Notes: generated by a model not told the origin, from the letters alone. A DNA stretch of 64,000 nt from an uncultured Armatimonadetes bacterium (GCA_963716175.1 OY970296.1:800001-864000); one strand, 5' to 3'; shown: positions 19,755 through 31,154, counted from the first letter of the stretch. Made by a program: numbers and translations.

Positions 19755-22453
19755 ACCGGCGCGTCATCGGAGCCTCCCGGCTGCCTGTGCTCCACCGGAC
19801 GCAGCGCGTAGAGTTGGCCTTTGCGTCGAGGATCTGGGATCAAAACGACTCGTACGCCCCGAAGCACGCGGTCGCGAGCTCCATGGAGGGCGAGTCCGAG
19901 GCGCGTCTGTTGGGAGCGGGGCAGGCCGTCCCCCAGCACAGGGAGCATCAACTCGTGCCGCTGACACAGATCCAGCAGTTCCGCCGGCCGCCGCGGCTGG
20001 TCGCCGTGTGTCTCCCACCAGACCGTCACGAACTCCCGCCACATCTCGCCCTCCACGTCCGCCTCCTGGTAGAGGTCCTCCAGACTCCCCAGAAAGCCAG
20101 GAATGCCGGCCACGGAGAGGATGCCACCCATCAGCGCCGACCACTCCTCGAAAGACCCCAGGAGGGTGGGATAGCGGGGCTGTCCTGCGGCGATCCAGGC
20201 CTGCGTCAGGAGGAGGGTAGCGCGCAGCAGGTCCCGCCGGCGCTGTTTGGCCCAGGCGATGATGTGCTTGTGCTTGAACTGCTTGCGACGCCATGCGCGG
20301 TCCATCCCGGCATCCATGCGGATGCGCACGCAACGCCGCGCGATCTCCATGGAGAGCCGGGGGTTGTTTCCGGTGAGCAGCCAGAGCGCCCGATTGGGCA
20401 CCGTGACCGTCTCCGTCCGCCCCAGCAGTCGGTCGGTCCAGGTATCGGAGGTGATCACCGAAGCGAGGGCGGCACAGCCGAGGGTTCGCCCCTGCTTGTT
20501 GTTGTCGAGCAGGATGATGGGGCGCCCTTTGACGAGTTCTGCCGTGATCATCTTGCGCGCTTCGTCCTCGTCCAAGGCGAGAGTGCGGCCACTGCACTCG
20601 GTCCCCGTCGTGGCGATGGAGATGAGGTTGCACAACAGGCCCTTGCCCGTGCCCTCCGCTGGTGCGGCAAACAGGTGGATGGGGGTGCACCCGGCGATCA
20701 TCCGTCGTACCGGGGGCAGCAGCAGGGCGGCCACGGCGTGGGCGCGGCTGCCCTCGTCGACGAAGGGGAAGTCCACCAGCAGATCGTCCAGGACCAGCGA
20801 TCTGGCCGCGGCAACGTCTTGCTGCGACGGCTGGCTCGGGATATGCAGATCACCGAGGCCGGCCAGGGGGCGGAGCCATACCCGGTCATGCTGATGGTAG
20901 CCGGGGGTGGCAAGGAGCTCGCTGTTGCGCCCGAAGATGGGCGCCGTGACCACCGCCTCCAGCAAGGGGAGAGCGGGGTCGGGAACGGCGAGCATGTCGC
21001 GCGCCACATTCCTGACCGGCGGGACATTGCTGATCCCGCTGCCCGTGACCTTGACCCAGTCCGCCGCCCTGATCAGCGTCGCGTAGGCCGCGTTCTCGTC
21101 CGCCGTCTCGATCCGGGGGGCCTGTTCGTCGCAGACTAGCCGCACCAGCCCGCCGGAGCGCCTGAACAAGGCCGGCGGCTGGTTCGCTGCATGCACTGCG
21201 TCCCACGCGTCGGCGATGATGTCGCGCAACTGGCGGTTGTTGACTTGGATCTGGGGTCGGACCGGCTGTCCGGGGTTGCCTCTGGAAGGGCCTGATGCCA
21301 GTCGTGATGCTGGCAGCGGCACGCTTGCCAGGTCTGCAATCCGGCGGCGTGCCTCCCGGAAATCGGCCGCCAGCCCGCGCTCGATGAGGAAGTCGAAGAC
21401 AGAAAGCGACTGCCCCGAGATGAATGAGTGGAATACCCCCCGCTCCGCCTCACCTGACCCGTCGGCCACCCCAGCCGAGGGGTCTCGGTCGCCCGTGGGA
21501 GACCATGGGTCATGGCACTCCAGCCAGCCGCCGGGGCGTCTGTTATCCGTGAGCCACTGCCCATATACGGACTCGAGGGCCAGCGCGGTGAGCGCTTCGC
21601 GCCGCCACTCCTGCCAGACCGGGCCCGGCGGATTACTGCGTTGCTCCGCGCCAGCGGTAGTACATGCCGAGGCCTTCCCCCGTGCTGCAAGAAGGGCGTC
21701 AACTGTCGCTTCCTCGACTGTCGCGAACTCAGTTGGCAGATAAGGGACGAGGCTGCCATCAGCGTCCGGTCTGTGGAACTGGTTGGCGGCTCCCTCGGCG
21801 CCTGACCACCAGGGCAGCCACACAGAGGCGCCGCAGCCATCCTCCTGGATGTGATCCTGCTTCGGGAAGACCTCGATCCCTCGGCCCGTGGTGTTCGGGA
21901 CGATCTCACCGGTGGCGAGCGTCACCTCTCCAGGCGCCAACGCCTCCGCCAACGCACGGGCTTTGGCCGCGGGCAGGGGCGGATCGAAAAACACCCACAG
22001 ATGCCAGCCGTGCCCGCCTCCGGAACGTTCCAGATAACAGGGAAGTCCGGCATCCGCGAACGCGCGAGAGGCCCCTCGCGCGGTCCGTTCCGGATCGGCC
22101 AATGCATCGGCATGGCCTTCTCCGTCGAAGTCGAGGCAGAGCCAGCGCGTCGTTCCGGTCGGAGTGGGGGTGTAGGAACCGATGCGAAACCGCCCTGTGA
22201 CGCTGGCTTCCCCCCGGGCGTTCTGATACTGGATCGGGACCGCCGGAGCCCTCTCACCCTCCAGATGCGCCGCGAGCAACGCGTCGAGCTGACCGTCCGT
22301 GTCGATCGGCTGCGGTTTGCCCCAGGGCGCGAAGAAGGTCACCCGATCGGTTCGACAGAGGAAATGCCGGTGCAGCAAGTCCAACACGCGTTGCAGGTCT
22401 GGACTCATGCTCATATCGCTCATCCCTGGCTCCTGGTCCACGGTCATATCCAA
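19694..22453 (-). CDS. AEP (TOTE-like) primase fused to P-loop helicase-like domain
   Basis: WLCLDFDG, LERSGGGHGWHLWVFF, IEVFPKQ; GTGKGLL, ILLDN, LTGNN. Confidence 0.8.
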   Translation of the reverse strand: MDMTVDQEPGMSDMSMSPDLQRVLDLLHRHFLCRTDRVTFFAPWGKPQPIDTDGQLDALLAAHLEGERAPAVPIQYQNARGEASVTGRFRIGSYTPTPTGTTRWLCLDFDGEGHADALADPERTARGASRAFADAGLPCYLERSGGGHGWHLWVFFDPPLPAAKARALAEALAPGEVTLATGEIVPNTTGRGIEVFPKQDHIQEDGCGASVWLPWWSGAEGAANQFHRPDADGSLVPYLPTEFATVEEATVDALLAARGKASACTTAGAEQRSNPPGPVWQEWRREALTALALESVYGQWLTDNRRPGGWLECHDPWSPTGDRDPSAGVADGSGEAERGVFHSFISGQSLSVFDFLIERGLAADFREARRRIADLASVPLPASRLASGPSRGNPGQPVRPQIQVNNRQLRDIIADAWDAVHAANQPPALFRRSGGLVRLVCDEQAPRIETADENAAYATLIRAADWVKVTGSGISNVPPVRNVARDMLAVPDPALPLLEAVVTAPIFGRNSELLATPGYHQHDRVWLRPLAGLGDLHIPSQPSQQDVAAARSLVLDDLLVDFPFVDEGSRAHAVAALLLPPVRRMIAGCTPIHLFAAPAEGTGKGLLCNLISIATTGTECSGRTLALDEDEARKMITAELVKGRPIILLDNNKQGRTLGCAALASVITSDTWTDRLLGRTETVTVPNRALWLLTGNNPRLSMEIARRCVRIRMDAGMDRAWRRKQFKHKHIIAWAKQRRRDLLRATLLLTQAWIAAGQPRYPTLLGSFEEWSALMGGILSVAGIPGFLGSLEDLYQEADVEGEMWREFVTVWWETHGDQPRRPAELLDLCQRHELMLPVLGDGLPRSQQTRLGLALHGARDRVLRGVRVVLIPDPRRKGQLYALRPVEHRQPGGSDDAPVAEPAGPMPDLDGEGSAPKK

Positions 22454-22490
22454 ACCCGCTCGGCGCGGAGTTGCAAGCCGCTACATGCGG

Positions 22491-22817
22491 TCATGGCCCG
22501 GCAGCCTCGGGTGGGATCGCCTCCGCCGTGGGCGCTCCCACCCGCTCCACCCGGAAAGCCTCCTCACCAAACTGCCGGGACAGGAACCCGGTGAAGATGC
22601 GGGCGATGGCGCGGCCCACATCGCTGCCCGCATCGACCACGCAGGAACGCTGCTCCCGGTCCAGGCAGAAGGCCGCGTCCATCCGCACAGGCGAGCGGCC
22701 GTACAAGCTCTCGACAGCCAGCACGGCGAGCAGTAACGATTCCTCGGTGTCCCTCAACGGGATCTCCTCGGTGAAGCGGTACCGGTAGACGTCTCCAGTC
22801 ACGTTGGTGGCCTCCAT
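22491..22817 (-). CDS. Hypothetical protein (element gene between sigma and primase)
   Basis: Well-formed ORF YRYRF...IFTGFLSRQFGEEAFRVER. Confidence 0.65.
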   Translation of the reverse strand: MEATNVTGDVYRYRFTEEIPLRDTEESLLLAVLAVESLYGRSPVRMDAAFCLDREQRSCVVDAGSDVGRAIARIFTGFLSRQFGEEAFRVERVGAPTAEAIPPEAAGP

Positions 22818-22856
22818 GCGGCGTGGCGGGCCGCCGGGTGGCCCGCACCACTTACT

Positions 22857-22881
22857 TACCGGAGGCGCTGCCGACGTGTCG
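22857..22881 (-). promoter_or_regulatory. Candidate element-sigma promoter CGACAC-N13-CCGGTA
   Basis: Immediately after the sigma stop, upstream of the primase operon. Confidence 0.5.
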
Positions 22882-22887
22882 CCGAGG

Positions 22888-23487
22888 TCAGTCAGACTCC
22901 AGATATGCTTTTAGGCCGGCCTCTTCGGCCAGCAGTCGCAACTCCTTCATGCGGTCATAGAGGGTGCCGCGCGAGAGACCGATGTCGCGAGCGATCTCGG
23001 CTATGGTCTGCCCGTTGTCAAGCCGCGACATCAGGTCCCGCAGTTCGGGTGGCAGGGTCGAGAGCAGACGCTCCAGGTCCAGCTTCAGCGCGACCCCATC
23101 GGCCAGCAGCAGGGCCGGCTGCCCTATGCCCTTCAGGTAGTCTTCCTGGCTGATGAAGTCCCCGCGTTCCGCGCCGTCGGCCCGGTCATCCCGAATCGGG
23201 TCGTTCAGGGAGCAGGTGCAGCGCCGATAGTCGCGCATCGGAGCTTCTTGGCGTTCGATGAGACGGGCGACGCCGTGCTCCACCACCCTCGCGATGAAGG
23301 TGTGGAGGCTGGCGCGCAGCGAGTCGAACTTCGGGAGCCGATGGAGGAGATCGAGGGTCAGGTCCTGCTCGATATCCTCCTGATCGTCTTCGGTGAACCC
23401 CGCCCGCCCAACGAGCTGGCGGGCCTTACGTCTGATGAGCTGAACGGCGTAAGCGTCGAGTTCCGGAACATCACGGTCGAGCCCCAT
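22888..23487 (-). CDS. Sigma-70 (ECF-like) RNA polymerase sigma factor
   Basis: Region 2 EDIEQDL...FDSLRASLHTFIARVV; region 4 TIAEIARDIGLSRGTLYDRM. Confidence 0.85.
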   Translation of the reverse strand: MGLDRDVPELDAYAVQLIRRKARQLVGRAGFTEDDQEDIEQDLTLDLLHRLPKFDSLRASLHTFIARVVEHGVARLIERQEAPMRDYRRCTCSLNDPIRDDRADGAERGDFISQEDYLKGIGQPALLLADGVALKLDLERLLSTLPPELRDLMSRLDNGQTIAEIARDIGLSRGTLYDRMKELRLLAEEAGLKAYLESD

Positions 23488-23730
23488 CCGCTTCTCCTGG
23501 GGCTCGTGGAGAAGCTAGGCGAGAGTGGGTAGATCCGGCCCGGGCTCGGTTTTGGATTCCGAGACCATCTCCCGCGAGTCCCAGGGTCGGTGGGGTCATC
23601 TATTGCTTCGGAAGAAGGAGCCGACTTGTCTGGAGACGCAAGACGGCCCCCACGCCCACCGGTGGGGCATGAGGGCCATCAATCAGCTGCGGAAATCTCC
23701 TGGCGAGAGCTGAAGAGAGGAGGTAATAGA

Positions 23731-25239
23731 TTACCTGCCGTGCACCTCCGAACTGGCAGCGAACACGGGGACCCATTCCCCGCGGCCGAAGTCGAACTCG
23801 AAGGGCGATTCCTCGATCTGCGTAATCCGGCAGAGACGATGGCAGAGCTCGTTAATCCCCCTGTCGTCGCGGTCGCGCTTGACTCGCCGCCTGGCGCGAA
23901 GCACGTCGAGCAGCGCTTGGCCCGCCGGGGTCGGCGCGCCGTCATCGCCGAGCAGATCGAGTTCCTCGAGGTTGTGTTCGATGGTGACCGAGGCCGGACG
24001 CTCTGCAGCCACGCGCGAGGACTCTCTCCTCTGACCGTCGTCGTAGGCCATGAAGCGTTTGGTGCCTTCCAGGACGAACCGAATGCTCCCGCCGCGCGTC
24101 TCGACAATGGCGACCCGGGGCCAAGTGCACCCGTTCGGCACTTGGATAGTCATGCCGTCTTTCGGCCGGATGTGGAAGGAGGCCCGGTATGGGGCGTCCG
24201 TGGGCTTGGTAAAGGGTCTGCCGGGGATGGGGAACAGTGCCCGCAGTCTCCTTCCCAGAGCGGAGACCTGCTGTTTCAGGTTGGCCTTCTTGTCAGGCGT
24301 AAGCGCTTCCCGGCGCAGGCTGCCATTCCCGCGAGCGAATCTGTGCAGCAACTCCCAGAGCTGATCTGGAGGATTGCCGCGGCTGCGGCGGTTCTCGAAG
24401 CCCGCCTCGGCATAGCCGAACTCGTCTCGCTTCTCCCTCAATCGGTACGCGAGCCTCTCGTCACCGATGACCAGGTACAGCTCGCCCCAGCGGGCATCGC
24501 GCGGCACGTCGATCGGTGTCACCAGCCGCCCGCCGCTGCCACCCGGAGTCTGTGTCAGGGCCCGGGGAGCCGCGGCCGCTAGGTCCGACAGCAAAGCCTC
24601 CGCCCTATCCGTTGCAGCGAACCCTCGGCCCTCCTCCCACGCTAGGCACTCATCCAGGGGCAGAAAGAGAACACCCGCTCTACGAAGCATCCCGGCGCTG
24701 TCGCTCTGACACAGATCGGCTGTGGGAGACGCAAGGATGAAGGGGACATTCGCCTCTGCCAGCAACCGAGATAGCGTCGCCCCAAAGACCTGCCCGTCGT
24801 GCTGGATGGTCAGATATACGGCGGCCCGTTTGCCGCCCACCAGATGATGCCAAGCGATGTGCCGCGTCTGAGGCATGAGCTCTATCCGCCCGCGGACCGC
24901 AGTGAGCCCGAGCGCCTTGCTGAGGGCGGTAGCAAGCTTCTGCCAGTGGAGCTCGTACGCGACGATATCAGCCTTTGTCAGCGTGAGGTCATCGCACTGC
25001 TTCGGAACTGCCTGGCATACCGCGACTATGTCCTGCTCGCTATGCATAACCACTTTGCGCGGGCAGCCGTCGCCGCCTGGGCGAGGACAGGGATAGGATG
25101 AGACAAGCTGGTCAGTGGGCCGCAGGAAGGCCTGCCCGAGGTCCCAGTCACACCCCCACACTTCCTGCCACTCCACCGTGACGGCGGCGAGTCCGGATAT
25201 CGCCTCCAGCCCCGACCAGAACCGCCTCAACGTCTTCAT
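23731..25239 (-). CDS. Hypothetical protein (Cys motif, possible C-terminal winged helices)
   Basis: ATGA overlap with upstream gene at 25236-25239; YPCP...GCPR...AVC. Confidence 0.75.
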   Translation of the reverse strand: MKTLRRFWSGLEAISGLAAVTVEWQEVWGCDWDLGQAFLRPTDQLVSSYPCPRPGGDGCPRKVVMHSEQDIVAVCQAVPKQCDDLTLTKADIVAYELHWQKLATALSKALGLTAVRGRIELMPQTRHIAWHHLVGGKRAAVYLTIQHDGQVFGATLSRLLAEANVPFILASPTADLCQSDSAGMLRRAGVLFLPLDECLAWEEGRGFAATDRAEALLSDLAAAAPRALTQTPGGSGGRLVTPIDVPRDARWGELYLVIGDERLAYRLREKRDEFGYAEAGFENRRSRGNPPDQLWELLHRFARGNGSLRREALTPDKKANLKQQVSALGRRLRALFPIPGRPFTKPTDAPYRASFHIRPKDGMTIQVPNGCTWPRVAIVETRGGSIRFVLEGTKRFMAYDDGQRRESSRVAAERPASVTIEHNLEELDLLGDDGAPTPAGQALLDVLRARRRVKRDRDDRGINELCHRLCRITQIEESPFEFDFGRGEWVPVFAASSEVHGR

Positions 25240-26387
25240 CCGCTTCCGTCTGGGGCGAGGATGAACCCGCGTCTGGACAGCCATTGCTCGACCAGCGCGC
25301 CGTCGTCGTCCCTGGTGAACTTGATGATGTTCGAGGGATAGATCGAGATGCTGCGCGGTGACATGGCGCCCGCGAACTTCACCAGGAAAGTGGCCCCGAT
25401 CAGCCGCGCTCCGGAGGGAACCTGCGCACTTCGCTTCTCCATCGCCGCGAACAGATCGGCCGCCTTGCGGATCTCGATCTCCTGATATGCCCCTCCCCAG
25501 TGGTAGCGGATCTCCGTCAGTCTGACCCACTTCATCCCTTCCACGTCGGTGCAGGCCAGCGCGGCCTTCCCTTCCTGCCGAAGTGGCTCCAGCGTGTACT
25601 TGGCCTTTCCCGGGAAGTGCTCTTCGTCGCCGAACAGGTATCGGCCGAAGGCTGCTCGGTACTGGTCCTTCACCGCCTTGGGATCGGCGTTCACTCTCAG
25701 CTCTGCGAGCGGCTGGTGGTAGACGACCACGTCGTGCTTCTCGGGCCGGTAGTAGACGCTGGATGACTCCCTGTCCTTCAGACTGCCCTCCCGCTTGTAG
25801 GGGTCGCCATGCCGGATCAGGAAGGACACGCCGTCCACCCTCGGATAGGCGAATACCCGACAGCCGAGACCTCGTTTCCTGGCATCGAACCAACTGTCGA
25901 GAGTGGCCGCCATTGCCTCCAGCGCCTCGGAGGAGGGACGCAAGTCTGGTCCGGGGCACTCGCGAGCCTGGAAGTACTCGAAGCTCCGCCGGTGCCCGAT
26001 GATCTGCTCCGCGTGCTTGCGCTCCAGTAGAGCCCGATCCTTGAGCCAGACCTGCACCGCCACATCGGCGGGGCTCTCCAGGTCGCCATCGAGCGCAAGA
26101 CCGGCCGCCGCGGCCGCCGCGATGAGAGAGTCCATGCCCTCCTGAGTCGCCATCTCGTCCACGTAGTACAGCGTGTCAACCAACTCGGGGCGCATCTCAT
26201 CATCCGGGGTGAGGAGAATACCGGCCAGGGCCTCGTAGTCGAGGGTCCCACCATCTCCATCAGGGAGGTTCATGCCTCGCCTGGCGAAGTAGGCGCGGAA
26301 CGGCCTGAGCAGCGCGACCAGGTGAGTTCGCTGCATGCGCTTCAGTGCATCTGGGTCTGCGAACCGCTTGACATCGTAGATAGCCAA
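25236..26387 (-). CDS. Hypothetical protein
   Basis: GGGAGG-TTG start; 383 aa, globular composition. Confidence 0.75.
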   Translation of the reverse strand: MAIYDVKRFADPDALKRMQRTHLVALLRPFRAYFARRGMNLPDGDGGTLDYEALAGILLTPDDEMRPELVDTLYYVDEMATQEGMDSLIAAAAAAGLALDGDLESPADVAVQVWLKDRALLERKHAEQIIGHRRSFEYFQARECPGPDLRPSSEALEAMAATLDSWFDARKRGLGCRVFAYPRVDGVSFLIRHGDPYKREGSLKDRESSSVYYRPEKHDVVVYHQPLAELRVNADPKAVKDQYRAAFGRYLFGDEEHFPGKAKYTLEPLRQEGKAALACTDVEGMKWVRLTEIRYHWGGAYQEIEIRKAADLFAAMEKRSAQVPSGARLIGATFLVKFAGAMSPRSISIYPSNIIKFTRDDDGALVEQWLSRRGFILAPDGSG

Positions 26388-26636
26388 GTCCGGCCTCCCT
26401 CATATGGCGCGTCCGCCGCTGCCTCTTTCACAGGCCAGGCACGCCTCCGTCCTCATCTGGCCATGGGTCCCGTCTCCCATGCCCACACTGTGACTGCTTA
26501 CCGTACCGCTTAGTGGAACCCGAGTCAACACTGGGTTGCTAGACAGGTTCGGAAGCAGGCCTCGCCTCTGCACGTCCTCTCCAGACACCTCGCCGATGCC
26601 TCCGGTATGTAGTGGCAGGGAGGCATTGGTACCGCG

Positions 26637-27161
26637 ATGACCTACAACACCACTGAGGTTCAGGTCCATGTTGCTGGAAGTCACGGACGCGCGCTACCGC
26701 TCGCGGCCGGCCGCCTGCCGGCCCGGGCGGAGAGCAGAGCATCGGTGCCGACGGTGAGGGCCTGTATCAGGCGGTTCTGCCTGGACTGCCTCGGGACCAC
26801 CGGCGGGCGAGCGGCGTTTGACTGTGGCTCAACGATCTGTCCCCTGCGACCAACCAGTCCGTTCCTCGGAAAGCCCATGCCACTGACCCTGAGGACGGCA
26901 GGACACATCGAGCCAGAAGCGGCGCGGAAGCGCAGGCCAAGCCGCAGGCTCATTCATGCCCAGTGCCACCAGTGCCAACCGAATGACCACAGCGATTGCG
27001 AAGCGGAGGGGTGTGCGCTGTACCCCTTCCGCCCGTGGGATGGCCCAGGACATGCCGCCGGGCGCAAGGCCTCCCCAGGGCAGGCCGCGGCCGCCGCCAG
27101 GGGCCGCGAAACCATGCACCAGCGGGCGAGTACAGCCGCAGGAGCCGCGTTCGATGCCTGA
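26637..27161 (+). CDS. Cys-rich protein with two CxxC...C-x4-C(P/A)L repeats
   Basis: IRRFCLDC...CGSTICPLRP and IHAQCHQC...CEAEGCALYPFR; RBS GGGAGG. Confidence 0.6.
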   Translation: MTYNTTEVQVHVAGSHGRALPLAAGRLPARAESRASVPTVRACIRRFCLDCLGTTGGRAAFDCGSTICPLRPTSPFLGKPMPLTLRTAGHIEPEAARKRRPSRRLIHAQCHQCQPNDHSDCEAEGCALYPFRPWDGPGHAAGRKASPGQAAAAARGRETMHQRASTAAGAAFDA

Positions 27162-27504
27162 GCGGAGGTCAGACAAGCCAGGCCCTGGGAAGCTGGGTTT
27201 TCGGGCCGTATTCACGGAGGACGCGCTCAGCGCGGACGCCCTCGATGCTGCCGGAAGGCTGTTCGCCCGGTGGGTTGTCCGGGCACTCGCTGCGAGGGAG
27301 TCGGGCGCGTCCTTGCCCCCGCAGAGAGAGGGTGCCGACGGAGCTGCACCCACTCGCCGCGTGGGCCGTAGGGGCCGCACACGCCCACACGTTGGGCTCA
27401 GATTCGACTTGACTTGTGTCGGCCCGGAAGCCATGAATGCGCCTCAGACCGAGGAGAAGACATCCGTGACGCTGGCTGCGCAGACATCCGAGGGCTGCAG
27501 GTAG
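27154..27504 (+). CDS. Small hypothetical protein preceding the integrase
   Basis: AGGAG then ATG 27154; overlaps the upstream stop. Confidence 0.45.
   Translation: MPERRSDKPGPGKLGFRAVFTEDALSADALDAAGRLFARWVVRALAARESGASLPPQREGADGAAPTRRVGRRGRTRPHVGLRFDLTCVGPEAMNAPQTEEKTSVTLAAQTSEGCR
27409..27439 (+). promoter_or_regulatory. Promoter-like motif TTGACTTGT...ATGAATG upstream of the integrase
   Basis: Matches 7153-7182. Confidence 0.45.
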
Positions 27505-27510
27505 GAGCCG

Positions 27511-29316
<1,806 letters not shown>

Positions 29317-29327
29317 TTCGCGAGCAC

Positions 29328-29356
29328 ATATTAGCACCCAGCGAGCTGTTTGTAAA
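29328..29356 (-). promoter_or_regulatory. Sigma70 promoter of the tRNA
   Basis: TTTACA-N17-TAATAT with TG extension. Confidence 0.6.
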
Positions 29357-29456
29357 CCCCCGTCGCGCTCAGCATACCCGGGGCCACTCGACGTGTGACC
29401 CGAACCTGATGGCGCCGGCGCCCAGACTGCCGTCGCCGCTCGCCGAGCGTCTGCTC

Positions 29457-31043
29457 TCACTCCGATAGGCTGTCTATCTCGAAGGTGGTGATGCTGCCGG
29501 TGCGTCGGGTCCAGGCCCGGATGACAACCGGATCGCCCTTCTTGAGCTGCCCCACAACCCGTTCGTAGCTCGCTACATCAGTGACGGCCTCCCGGTTGAT
29601 CTTCACGATGATGTCTCCAGGCTGCAGACCCGCCCGCGCCCCATCGCCGAGCGGGTTCACCGCTCGCACCATGACTCCACGCGTGAGCCCGGCGTCGTGG
29701 AGTGCGTCCTGCGGTACCGCTTCCACCGCCAGGCCCAACTTGGTGCGCTCCGGCGCGTTCGGCTTCTTCAGTGCGACCTCCGGGGTATAGGAGCCGACCG
29801 TGACGCTGAGTGTGACCGGCTTCCCGCTTCGCAGCACCTCGATCTCTACCTTCGTTCCAGGCCTAGTGCCCTGAACCATAGAGACAAACTGATCAGTCGA
29901 GCTCACCTTCGTCCCATGGAAGGCGATGATAATATCCTCTGCCTTCATCTCGCCTTTGGCGGCCGCACTGTCGGGCTGCACCGAGTCCACGAACACACCG
30001 TTCTTGGCCCCGTAGATCTCACTTACGGCCGGCGTCAGCGGCTTCACCGCCACCCCCAGCTGCCCGCGTACGACCGCCTCCCCACCTTTCAGGGTCTTGA
30101 CGATCTCTTTGGTGCCGGCATCAACCGGGATCGCGAAGCCCACCCCGATATTGCCGCCGAAAGGCGCATTGGTGAAGATCGCCTGGTTAATACCGATCAC
30201 CTCAGCATGGATGTTCACCAAGGGGCCACCGCTGTTGCCAGGGTTGATCGGAGCGTCGGTCTGGATCAGGTCACGGAAGGGGCGGCCCGGGATGTCGGAT
30301 TGAATCTGCCGGTTGGTGGCGCTAATCACCCCCAGAGTCAGAGTGGGCTCGTAGCGCTGAGGCTCATCGAATCGCCCGCCCCCGCCGCCATACCCGCTGA
30401 GCCCGGTGCCGCCGAAGGGATAGCCCACGGCCACTGCCCACATCCCGGGCCTCACGCTGTCCGCGTCGCCCAGCTTGGCCGCGACGAGGGCGCGCTTTGG
30501 CTCGATCTTGATCACCGCCAGGTCGCTTAACTTGTCGGCGCCCACCACCTGCGCGAGATAGGACTCCCCGTCCTCCAGGTGCACGGTCACCCTGGCGGCG
30601 TCTCCCACCACATGGTTGTTGGTGAGAATATAGCCAGCGGAGTCAATGATCACCCCTGAGCCCTGGCCCACCGAGGGCATAGGCGTCTGAGACCGCGGCC
30701 CGGGCAGGGGAGAGCCGGGTCCGAAGAAGCGCCGCCATGGCTCAGGCAGTTGAGGCAGTTCCTCATCCTGACCCTGGTCCTGTTGATCCGACTCCTGTGC
30801 TCCCGTCTTTTGCTCCACCTCAATGAACACTACCGAGGGCTCTATGGTGTCCGCGATCCACACCAGGGCGCGCTGCATCTCCTCCAGTACGGCTACCTCC
30901 GGGGGAGCCGCTCCCGCGGCCACGCTCCCGGTGGGTTTCACCAGCCAAGTCACAGCCGCCACCGCGGCGAGAAGAGCGGCAAGGCCCACCGCCGTCCAGA
31001 TGCGACGCAGAGAACGTCTTTGCCCCGAACTGCTGCCCATCAT
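29457..31043 (-). CDS. htrA: HtrA/DegP serine protease with two PDZ domains
   Basis: TM anchor, GSGVII, TNNHVV, IQTDAPINPGNSGGPL. Confidence 0.92.
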   Translation of the reverse strand: MMGSSSGQRRSLRRIWTAVGLAALLAAVAAVTWLVKPTGSVAAGAAPPEVAVLEEMQRALVWIADTIEPSVVFIEVEQKTGAQESDQQDQGQDEELPQLPEPWRRFFGPGSPLPGPRSQTPMPSVGQGSGVIIDSAGYILTNNHVVGDAARVTVHLEDGESYLAQVVGADKLSDLAVIKIEPKRALVAAKLGDADSVRPGMWAVAVGYPFGGTGLSGYGGGGGRFDEPQRYEPTLTLGVISATNRQIQSDIPGRPFRDLIQTDAPINPGNSGGPLVNIHAEVIGINQAIFTNAPFGGNIGVGFAIPVDAGTKEIVKTLKGGEAVVRGQLGVAVKPLTPAVSEIYGAKNGVFVDSVQPDSAAAKGEMKAEDIIIAFHGTKVSSTDQFVSMVQGTRPGTKVEIEVLRSGKPVTLSVTVGSYTPEVALKKPNAPERTKLGLAVEAVPQDALHDAGLTRGVMVRAVNPLGDGARAGLQPGDIIVKINREAVTDVASYERVVGQLKKGDPVVIRAWTRRTGSITTFEIDSLSE

Positions 31044-31126
31044 TGTCACAGTCCTCTCTCGTAGTGCACTCCAACACCCTGCGTGTGCATGATTCGGGCT
31101 GCCCAGGCTCGCCTCCTGTCTCCTCC

Positions 31127-31154
31127 TTAGACACGACCTGGCCCCCTTTGTTCC
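31127..31154 (-). promoter_or_regulatory. RpoE/ECF-type promoter of htrA
   Basis: GGAAC-N17-GTCTAA. Confidence 0.6.

Noticed and set aside
19685-21139. 484-aa plus-strand ORF
   Set aside because: Antisense shadow of the primase in GC-rich DNA
13760-23487. Complete prophage
   Set aside because: No TerL, portal, capsid, tail or lysis genes
25240-25959. N-terminal 240 aa of the 742-aa ORF
   Set aside because: Out-of-frame overlap with 25236..26387; the real start is the coupled ATG at 25239
1-27500. Second att copy (duplicate of the tRNA-fMet 3' end)
   Set aside because: No GGATTCGAACC-type duplicate noticed by eye; the boundary is probably beyond base 1 or too short to see
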